A stretch of DNA of 64,000 bases from an uncultured Alphaproteobacteria bacterium (GTDB lineage Bacteria; Pseudomonadota; Alphaproteobacteria; HIMB59; GCA-002718135), in NCBI GenBank assembly GCA_902628835.1, contig CACOPD010000002.1, forward strand, positions 16,218 through 80,217, in the 5' to 3' direction. Positions 43,675 to 51,608 of this stretch are shown one piece after another. Position numbers and translations under genes: made by a program. Numbering within the stretch: the stretch's first letter is position 1; the number at the start of each line of letters is the position of its first letter. The notes beneath the pieces are model-generated. The model had not been told where the DNA came from. It searched no databases and saw only the letters and a list, made by a program, of their open reading frames with translations.

Positions 43675-44585
43675 ATCATTACCAATGAAAATAAATCATT
43701 TGGCCTTAAAACAAGATCAGTAAATATTTTACCACAGACACCAAGTACTAATATAGCTAAAATACCTCTTAAATATTCTGCTCTTAATTTAGATCCAAAA
43801 ATTACACCAATTTGTGCTCCAATTACTCCTCCAAATATCATTAGTGCAGACAGCACTATATCTACATTATAATTAATATATGATTGAAAGAATGTTGCAT
43901 TAGCAGTAACAAAAATTATTTGAAATAATGATGTTCCAACTACTATACTTGTTGGCATTCCAAGTATGTATACCATTGCTGGTATCATTATAAATCCACC
44001 CCCAACTCCCATCATTGCCGACATTACTCCAACAGCGAACCCTATCAGTACAGGTGGTATCGCACTTATATAAAGTTTTGATCTATGAAAGCGAACTTTG
44101 AATGGAAGTCCGTGAAACCAAGAATGTTGATGCAGTTTTGTTCTTTTGGTATTTCTTGCTCTATATTGTTTTATTGTTGTCCTAGCACTTTCAAATGCCA
44201 TACTAAAACCAATAAAACCTAAAAAGAAAAGAAACAATAACTGAATAACTAAATCTATTTGTCCAAAGTTTTTTAGATAACTGAAAATATTTACACCAAC
44301 TGTGGAGCCAATAAAACCACCTATTATCAGGAATATTCCCATCTTTATATCAACATTTCTTTTCCTCCAGTGAGCAATAAAACCTGATACTGAAGTTGCT
44401 AAAACGTGCGGAGCTTCAGAGCCAACAGCTACAACTGGAGGAATACCTAAAAAAATTAATAATGGTGTCATTAAAAATCCACCACCAACACCAAAAATTC
44501 CTGAAAGAATTCCTATACTCATACCGATAAAGATAATGAGAAAAATGTTGACGTTCATTTCAGCTATTGGAAGGTAAATTGACAT
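43671..44585 (-). CDS. TauE/SafE (DUF81) family sulfite/anion exporter
   Basis: 304 aa with two internally repeated 4-TM halves carrying GVGGGF(L/I)M(T/I)P motifs. Confidence 0.8.
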   Translation of the reverse strand: MSIYLPIAEMNVNIFLIIFIGMSIGILSGIFGVGGGFLMTPLLIFLGIPPVVAVGSEAPHVLATSVSGFIAHWRKRNVDIKMGIFLIIGGFIGSTVGVNIFSYLKNFGQIDLVIQLLFLFFLGFIGFSMAFESARTTIKQYRARNTKRTKLHQHSWFHGLPFKVRFHRSKLYISAIPPVLIGFAVGVMSAMMGVGGGFIMIPAMVYILGMPTSIVVGTSLFQIIFVTANATFFQSYINYNVDIVLSALMIFGGVIGAQIGVIFGSKLRAEYLRGILAILVLGVCGKIFTDLVLRPNDLFSLVMI

Positions 44586-44648
44586 ATTTTTTTATAAATT
44601 TTATATAATTATTACTTGATAAGCACAAATTAAATTTATTTTAGAAAA

Positions 44649-45743
44649 TTATATAAAATTATTGAGTAGTATGATTCCGATATAACTTACAATTCCAACA
44701 CAACAAGCTGCAGAAAAACCAACATAAAATGGTCTTATACCTAAGCTTTTTAAAGAAACTAAATTTGTACTTATGCCAACAGCTGCCATTGCTATTGCTA
44801 GAGAATACTCAGCAATAGATTTAATAATATTGATGATTAATTGCCAGTTATTATTAGTTAATATTTCAAAAGCTAAGTTACTATTTTGAATTCCATAATC
44901 TCCAATTGATCTTATGAAACCCATAAGAATAAAACCAATTATAAAAATTGGAAACATAGATATTATTGATGGTTTGTTATTATTTTCACCAATGTTATTT
45001 CTTAGATACATATAGCTTATTGCAGGAATGACGATTATCATACTAACATTTCTTACTAATTTTGTAATCGTGGCTATATCCATAGTTTTTGGTGAATTGA
45101 ATTGCTCAGCATATATCAATCCAGCACCAGCAACTTGAGCTGTTTCATGTATTGAAGTTCCGAGAAATAATCCTGAAGCTAACTCATCTCCACTAAAAAG
45201 ATAATATGCGATAAATGGATAGAGGAACATTGCAATTATTCCAAATATTGTGATATTAGCTATGGCATAAGCAACCTCCTCTTTATCAGCATTAATTGCA
45301 GGGCTAGTTGCTACAATTGCGGATGCTCCACAAATACTTGTTCCAACTGCAATTAATGATCCCATTTTTGAAGAAACATTTAATAACTTGCATAAATAAT
45401 TTACAACCAAGATTGATATAATAATACAAGAAACAATTAGAGGTATTCCAACTATTCCAACTTTAAAAATATCTAAAAGTCCAAGTCTAATACCAAGACA
45501 TATTATTCCTAATCTGAGAATAAATTTTAAAGAAAACTTAATTCCGTGTAATAAAAAATTATTAATATGGAATATATTTCCTATCAAAAGACCAAATATA
45601 ATTGATAGCATTATTGGTGATATTGGACTTTTTTTTAAATTTAAGATTTCTATTCCGATAAAATCACTTAGGTATATGCCTGAATAAGCAATTACAAAAC
45701 AAAAGATAATTCCTGGAAATTTTTTATATATAGAGCTTATCAT
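44649..45743 (-). CDS. YeiH/UPF0324 family membrane protein (putative sulfate exporter family)
   Basis: 364 aa with about 10 TM segments. It has the YeiH-like pattern (GLFLGTSIHETAQVAGAG). Confidence 0.7.
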   Translation of the reverse strand: MISSIYKKFPGIIFCFVIAYSGIYLSDFIGIEILNLKKSPISPIMLSIIFGLLIGNIFHINNFLLHGIKFSLKFILRLGIICLGIRLGLLDIFKVGIVGIPLIVSCIIISILVVNYLCKLLNVSSKMGSLIAVGTSICGASAIVATSPAINADKEEVAYAIANITIFGIIAMFLYPFIAYYLFSGDELASGLFLGTSIHETAQVAGAGLIYAEQFNSPKTMDIATITKLVRNVSMIIVIPAISYMYLRNNIGENNNKPSIISMFPIFIIGFILMGFIRSIGDYGIQNSNLAFEILTNNNWQLIINIIKSIAEYSLAIAMAAVGISTNLVSLKSLGIRPFYVGFSAACCVGIVSYIGIILLNNFI

Positions 45744-45794
45744 TTAAAATATTCTTTATACAAAAAAAATATTTTTTATATATTTATATTAAGC

Positions 45795-46397
45795 TTAGAT
45801 ATTTTTTGCAGTATTCCATTCTTCTTGAGTATTTATATTGAAAAAATTCTTTTCCTGGATTTTGTCAAATTCAACAAATTTATATTTGTTTTTTTTAACC
45901 CAATACATAATTTTACTATTTTTTAATTTTAACTCATTTTCTAAGCTAGTTATCAACGATATATGCCACATTGCTATTACAGGATGATGTCTACTATTTG
46001 ACCTTGCAATCAATATTTTTATATTTTCATCATATGCTTCTAAAAATTTATCTAAAAGATTATCAGGTAAAAATGGGGTATCACTTGGAACAGTAAAAAC
46101 CCATTCTTTGTTTCTGTAATTTTCTTTAGCCCACAACATAGATGTGTGAATCCCTGCTAAAGGTCCCAGAAAACCTTTAAATCTATCTTCAATTATTGGG
46201 TAATTAATTTTCTTGAAATTTTCTAAGTCATTAGCATTTATTATTATTTCATTATTATATTTTGAAAGCTTTTTTATTATTTTTTCTAAGATTGTAATTC
46301 CATTTATTTTAGCAAAAGTTTTAAATCCACCTCCAAATCTTTTCGACTGACCACCAGCAAGTATGGCAAACAAAATTTTGTTATTATTTATGGTCAA
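45795..46397 (-). CDS. mobA: Molybdenum cofactor guanylyltransferase
   Basis: 200 aa with the N-terminal motif FAILAGGQSKRFGG. Confidence 0.85.
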   Translation of the reverse strand: MTINNNKILFAILAGGQSKRFGGGFKTFAKINGITILEKIIKKLSKYNNEIIINANDLENFKKINYPIIEDRFKGFLGPLAGIHTSMLWAKENYRNKEWVFTVPSDTPFLPDNLLDKFLEAYDENIKILIARSNSRHHPVIAMWHISLITSLENELKLKNSKIMYWVKKNKYKFVEFDKIQEKNFFNINTQEEWNTAKNI

Positions 46398-47202
46398 TTC
46401 TTTGTTCTCCAGAAAGTGCTAAATATTTTTTTCCTTTTGCTCGTCCAATAAGTGTTAAATTTGAACCTCTCGCCAACTCTACACCCCATGCTGTGAATCC
46501 TGATCGAGAAATTAATATTGGAATACCCATTTTTATAGTTTTAATAACCATTTCACTGGTTAGTCTTCCTGTAGTGTAAAAAATTTTATTTGAAGAGCTA
46601 ATTTTTTTTAAAAACATAAAACCAGCAATTTTATCTACAGCATTATGTCTACCTACATCTTCCATATAAATTAATGGTTTATTATTATGAATGATGGCAC
46701 AACCATGTATTGCTCCTGTTTCTAAATATAAGCTCGGTGTTAATGTAATTTTTTTTGAAATTTCATAAATCCATTTATGTTTAATTTTCTTTTTGGATTT
46801 TAACTTTGATTTTTTTATTTCCTCATAGATATCTCCAAATACTGTACCAATTGCACAACCACTAGTTGTTATTTTCTTTCTTAATTTATTTTCATAATTT
46901 GTTTTACGTTTTGTTCGTACAACAACCACACCTAAATCTTTATCAATTTCAACTTTTGAAATTATGTCATTTTTCTTAAGCATATTTTGATTTAATAAAT
47001 ACCCAACTGCAAGATATTTTGGATGATCGCTAATAGACATTAGCGTTACTATCTCTTGATTATTTAGAAAAATTGTAAGAGCTTTTTCATTGATGACTTT
47101 AGAAATTATTTTATTCCCTTTCTCATCAAAACCATCTAGTTTTGTAATTAACGACTTATTATTAATATCAGGTGAGACTAAATATTTCTCTTTTTTTGCC
47201 AT
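46384..47202 (-). CDS. fdhD: Formate dehydrogenase accessory sulfurtransferase FdhD/FdsC
   Basis: 272 aa with EDVGRHNAVDKIAG and the loop TTSGCAIG. Confidence 0.85.
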   Translation of the reverse strand: MAKKEKYLVSPDINNKSLITKLDGFDEKGNKIISKVINEKALTIFLNNQEIVTLMSISDHPKYLAVGYLLNQNMLKKNDIISKVEIDKDLGVVVVRTKRKTNYENKLRKKITTSGCAIGTVFGDIYEEIKKSKLKSKKKIKHKWIYEISKKITLTPSLYLETGAIHGCAIIHNNKPLIYMEDVGRHNAVDKIAGFMFLKKISSSNKIFYTTGRLTSEMVIKTIKMGIPILISRSGFTAWGVELARGSNLTLIGRAKGKKYLALSGEQRIDHK

Positions 47203-47228
47203 ATGTTGTAATTAAACTAATAATATAA

Positions 47229-47921
47229 ATGAACATATTAGAAATTTTCACAAATTCCATACTATTAATTATTACTCTAGATAATGACCTATGGGACATT
47301 ATACTTTTATCCTTATTTGTAAGTTTTACTGCCCTAATTATTGCATCATTATTTGGGTTTATAGTAGGGTATTATTTTGCAATTTATAATTTTTATTTCA
47401 AAAAAATTATTTTAATAATCATAAACTCATTGATGGGAATTCCTCCAGTTGTAGTTGGTTTAATTGTTTATTTTATTTTTGCATCCGGCGGACCTTTAGG
47501 TATCTTACAGCTTCTATACACACCTTCTGCGATGATTATTGCCCAAACTATAATAATTTTTCCAATAATTGCCTCATTATCTCATGAGATATTTTCTAAA
47601 AATTGGTTTGAATTTAAAGATCAGATAAGATCATTAAATATTCCTTTTTGGGGTTCTGTAAAACTTTTATTTAATCATAGTTATTTTTTATTAATAACAA
47701 CATTATTATCTGCTTTTGGAAGAGCAATTTCAGAAGTTGGCGCAGTTATGATTGTGGGTGGAAACATTGATCATTATACACGAGTAATGACCACCGCTAT
47801 ATCTTTAGAAACTAGAATGGGAAACTTAGAATACGCTATGGCTTTAGGGTTAGTTTTAATTTCAATAACAATTATTATTTACTCTCTTGTATATTTATTA
47901 AATAATAGACCAATTAAATGA
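47229..47921 (+). CDS. ABC transporter permease, molybdate/tungstate type (ModB/TupB-like)
   Basis: 230 aa with about 5-6 TM segments and the EAA-like coupling loop LLSAFGRAISEVGAVMIVGGNIDHYTRVMT. Confidence 0.65.
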   Translation: MNILEIFTNSILLIITLDNDLWDIILLSLFVSFTALIIASLFGFIVGYYFAIYNFYFKKIILIIINSLMGIPPVVVGLIVYFIFASGGPLGILQLLYTPSAMIIAQTIIIFPIIASLSHEIFSKNWFEFKDQIRSLNIPFWGSVKLLFNHSYFLLITTLLSAFGRAISEVGAVMIVGGNIDHYTRVMTTAISLETRMGNLEYAMALGLVLISITIIIYSLVYLLNNRPIK

Positions 47922-48400
47922 AAATAGTAGGAATAGTTGGATGGAAAAACTCTGGAAAAACATATTTTGCAAGTAAAATTATTAATAAACTTAAAACTAA
48001 AAATTATCGTATTGCATCAATTAAGCACGCTCACCATGAATTTGAAATAGATCATAAAGGTACAGATAGCTTTATTCATAGAGAAGCAGGATCTTCACAA
48101 GTAATAGTAAGTTCATCAAAAAGATGGGCAAAAATTACTGAACTTAATAATTGTAAGGAACAAACTTTAAATGATTTATTAAAACAATTAAATGAAACTG
48201 ATATTGTTATTGTAGAAGGTTTTAAAAATGATAATCATCCAAAAATTGAGATTATTAAAAAGGGTAGTAATCATCATTTATTTAATAAAATTTCAAATAT
48301 AAAAGCAATAATTTCTGAAGAAGAAATCAATACAGACTTAAAACAATTTAAAAAAGATGAGATAGATAATATTGTTAACTTTATTTTAGAAAAAATGTAA
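47918..48400 (+). CDS. mobB: Molybdopterin-guanine dinucleotide biosynthesis adapter protein MobB
   Basis: 160 aa with the P-loop VGWKNSGKT and the motif IASIKHAHH. Confidence 0.85.
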   Translation: MKIVGIVGWKNSGKTYFASKIINKLKTKNYRIASIKHAHHEFEIDHKGTDSFIHREAGSSQVIVSSSKRWAKITELNNCKEQTLNDLLKQLNETDIVIVEGFKNDNHPKIEIIKKGSNHHLFNKISNIKAIISEEEINTDLKQFKKDEIDNIVNFILEKM

Positions 48401-49611
48401 TGAATAAATCACCACTTACAAAAAGACAAATAATTGAATTTTTCAAAAAACAGAAAAATATTGTAATAAAATCAGAATTAGTAAACTTACAAAATTCGCG
48501 TGGAAGATTTTTATTTGAGGATTTAAAAAGTAAGGTAAACTTACCTCCATTTAATAATTCTGCAGTAGATGGTTATGCATTACTAAAAAAAGATTTAAAT
48601 AACAAATATTTTTATTGTTCTAGAAGAATAGCAGCTGGTGATAAAAAAAATATAAAAATTAAGTCAGGTGAAGCTATAAGAGTATTTACTGGTGCGAGAA
48701 TGCCTTCCAATTCTTCCACTATAGTTATGCAAGAAAATATATTAATTGATAAAGATAAGATTAAAATTTTGAAATTTCCGAAATTTGGTGAAAATTATAG
48801 ACTAAAAGGTGAGGATATTAGAAAGAACCAAAAAATTTTATCCAAAGGAACTAAAATTAATCACCAAAATATTAATTTAATTGCAGCTTCAGGTATTAGA
48901 AAAGTCAAAGTTTTTAAAAAAATTAAAATTGGCTTTTTTACAAGTGGTAATGAATTACGTAAACCAACTCACAATTTAAAAAATTCAGAAATTAATAATT
49001 CAAATTATTTTGCCCTTGATTCACTACTTGATCAAAGATTTGTTTCAAAAAAATATTTTGGAAACTTAAAAGATAATTTAAAAGTTGTAAAAAGTAATCT
49101 TTTACGAGCTTCAAAAAAAAATAATATTATCATTACTGCTGGAGGTGCTTCAGTAGGTGAAGAGGATCATTTAATTGATGCATTATCAAGCTTAGGTAAG
49201 ATTTTTTTTTGGAGAGCTGCAATTAAACCGGGTAGACCGATTGCCATAGGAAAAATAAATAGTTGCTATGTCATTTGTTTACCTGGAAACCCAGTATCAG
49301 TACAACTTTTATATGCTATGTTAATTAAACCATTAATAGAAAAATTATCAGGAGGATTCTTCAAATTACCTAATTCAAAAAAAATAATTTGTAATTTTAG
49401 TATGAAGAAGAAAACGCAAAGAATGGAATGGCTAAGAATAATTAAAAAAACAATAAACAATCAAGATATAGCTATTAAATATCCAAAGCAAGGATCTGGA
49501 ATGATTAGCTCAGTTTCATACTCTGATGGGATTATAGAAATAAACGAAGATATATCTGAAGTAAAAAAAGGTGATATATTTAATTATTACGATTTTGAAA
49601 CTCTGTTTTAG
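48400..49611 (+). CDS. moeA: Molybdopterin molybdenumtransferase
   Basis: 403 aa with SAVDGYAL, ITAGGASVGEEDH and LPGNPVSV. Confidence 0.9.
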   Translation: MNKSPLTKRQIIEFFKKQKNIVIKSELVNLQNSRGRFLFEDLKSKVNLPPFNNSAVDGYALLKKDLNNKYFYCSRRIAAGDKKNIKIKSGEAIRVFTGARMPSNSSTIVMQENILIDKDKIKILKFPKFGENYRLKGEDIRKNQKILSKGTKINHQNINLIAASGIRKVKVFKKIKIGFFTSGNELRKPTHNLKNSEINNSNYFALDSLLDQRFVSKKYFGNLKDNLKVVKSNLLRASKKNNIIITAGGASVGEEDHLIDALSSLGKIFFWRAAIKPGRPIAIGKINSCYVICLPGNPVSVQLLYAMLIKPLIEKLSGGFFKLPNSKKIICNFSMKKKTQRMEWLRIIKKTINNQDIAIKYPKQGSGMISSVSYSDGIIEINEDISEVKKGDIFNYYDFETLF

Positions 49612-49859
49612 GTTTCCTTTTTAAACTTATACTTAATAACTATTTTTCCATCTTCTTTAGTACAACTTAAATATTCAAATTTCGATTGTTCACAGTAATG
49701 CTCAAAATCTGCTTCTGCTAGAGGATCTGTTGCTATCACTTTGATAACAACATCTTCTGTTAATTCTGAAGCAAGTTTCCTTGCTTTAAGAACAGGGATA
49801 GGACATTCTGTACCACTAGTATCAAGAACTATTTCATAATTTTCAACCAAATCTTTCAT
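49608..49859 (-). CDS. TusA/SirA-like sulfur carrier protein
   Basis: 83 aa with the CPxP active-site motif in DTSGTECPIPVLKARK. Confidence 0.7.
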   Translation of the reverse strand: MKDLVENYEIVLDTSGTECPIPVLKARKLASELTEDVVIKVIATDPLAEADFEHYCEQSKFEYLSCTKEDGKIVIKYKFKKET

Positions 49860-49904
49860 GACATTTTGTTACTTAATATATATTATAATAATTGGAACGG
49901 TAGA

Positions 49905-51608
49905 ATGGATAAATTTGTTTCTCAAACAGAAACTTCTTTAAAAAAAAAGAAGAGAAGATGGTCGCCTAAAGGAAGGCAGGTTGAAGATATTTATCTCGAT
50001 GAAGTATCTAAACTTTTTATTGCAACTAACTTTAAGCGAGACGAATTGATTGAATATTTGCATGTTTTGCAGGACAATTTTGGAGTTTTGTATGATAAGC
50101 ATCTTGTGGCACTATCAACATTAACAAATTTACCTCTTACCGAAATTTATGAAGTAGCAACATTTTATGCTCATTTTAACATAGTTAAAAATAGTGAAAA
50201 TTATAATCCTATTAAAGTGGTTAGAGTATGTGAAAGTTTAACATGTGAACTATTTGGAGCGCATAAATTACTAGATGATCTGAAAAGTTTACAAAATCAA
50301 AATATTAAAGTTGTTCCAGGTCCTTGTATGGGGAGATGTCAAGTTGCTCCCACAGTTTGTGTTGGTAAAAATTATGTTGATAATGCTAATTTAACAGCTG
50401 TAAAAAAAACAATAGAGGATAATAAATTTGATCCAATTATTCCTGATTATATTGATTTACAACAATATAAAAAACAAGGTGGATACGAAGTTGTAAAAAA
50501 AATTAAACAAGGTGAAATTTCAAAAAAACAAATACTAGATTCACTTAATGAAAGTGGTTTGAAGGGTAAGGGCGGAGCAGGTTTTCCTACTGGAAAAAAA
50601 TGGGAAATTGTATCAGGATATAAAGGAAATAAATATGTAGCTGTAAATGGTGATGAAGGAGAGCCCGGGACATTTAAAGACAGATCTTATCTTGAGAGAG
50701 ATCCTCATAGATTTTTGGAAGGTGCTTTAATTGCATCAACTTTCATTAGTGCTGATAAGGTATATATTTATATGAGAGATGAATATCCTGCCGTAATTAA
50801 AATTTTGAATGATGAAATAAAAAAGTTAGAACAAGAAAATATAATTTCTAAAGATCATTTTATAGTAAGAAGAGGTGCAGGTGCTTACATTTGTGGTGAA
50901 GAGTCTGCAATGATTGAAAGTATAGAAGGTAAAAGAGGGCTGCCACGACATAGACCTCCTTATGTTGCTGAGATTGGATTATTTGGATCACCTACATTAA
51001 CAAATAATTTAGAAACATTATTTTGGATAAGAGATATAATTCAGAAAGGACCAAAATGGTTTGCTGATCAGGGTTCTGATGGAAAAAAAGGATTTCATAG
51101 TTTTTCAGTATCTGGTCATGTCAAATCGCCTGGTGTAAAGGTCGCTCCTGCAGGAGTTACAATTCAAGAATTAATTGATAATTATTGTGATGGTATGGAG
51201 GAAGGACACATATTTAAAGGATATCTTCCTGGCGGTGCTTCTGGAGGAATTTTACCAGCATCTATGAATAACATTCCTTTAGATTATGGCTCAAAAGAAT
51301 TAACCGATGCTGGATGTTTTCTTGGTTCTGCAGCTATAGTAGTTTTATCTGATAAAGATAATATGAAAGATGTAGCACTTAATTTACTTCGTTTCTTTGA
51401 GGAAGAAAGTTGCGGACAATGCACGCCATGTAGAGCTGGTACAGAAAAAACAGTTAAATTAATGAAAGAAAAAAAATGGAATAAAGAAAAATTAGCTGAC
51501 TTATCACAAGTTATGTCTCAAGCTTCTATTTGTGGACTAGGTCAAGCAGCAACAAATCCACTTAACTCCGTACTAAAATATTTTGAAAACGAGATCACTT
51601 ATGAGTAA
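49905..51608 (+). CDS. fdsB: NAD-dependent formate dehydrogenase, fused gamma-beta subunit (NuoE-like plus NuoF-like)
   Basis: The N-terminal NuoE-like 2Fe-2S domain has VCESLTCELFG...PCMGRCQVAP. The NuoF-like FMN/NADH module follows with GKGGAGFPTGKKWE and ESCGQCTPCR. The ATG at 49905 is preferred over the TTG at 49866. Confidence 0.85.
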   Translation: MDKFVSQTETSLKKKKRRWSPKGRQVEDIYLDEVSKLFIATNFKRDELIEYLHVLQDNFGVLYDKHLVALSTLTNLPLTEIYEVATFYAHFNIVKNSENYNPIKVVRVCESLTCELFGAHKLLDDLKSLQNQNIKVVPGPCMGRCQVAPTVCVGKNYVDNANLTAVKKTIEDNKFDPIIPDYIDLQQYKKQGGYEVVKKIKQGEISKKQILDSLNESGLKGKGGAGFPTGKKWEIVSGYKGNKYVAVNGDEGEPGTFKDRSYLERDPHRFLEGALIASTFISADKVYIYMRDEYPAVIKILNDEIKKLEQENIISKDHFIVRRGAGAYICGEESAMIESIEGKRGLPRHRPPYVAEIGLFGSPTLTNNLETLFWIRDIIQKGPKWFADQGSDGKKGFHSFSVSGHVKSPGVKVAPAGVTIQELIDNYCDGMEEGHIFKGYLPGGASGGILPASMNNIPLDYGSKELTDAGCFLGSAAIVVLSDKDNMKDVALNLLRFFEEESCGQCTPCRAGTEKTVKLMKEKKWNKEKLADLSQVMSQASICGLGQAATNPLNSVLKYFENEITYE

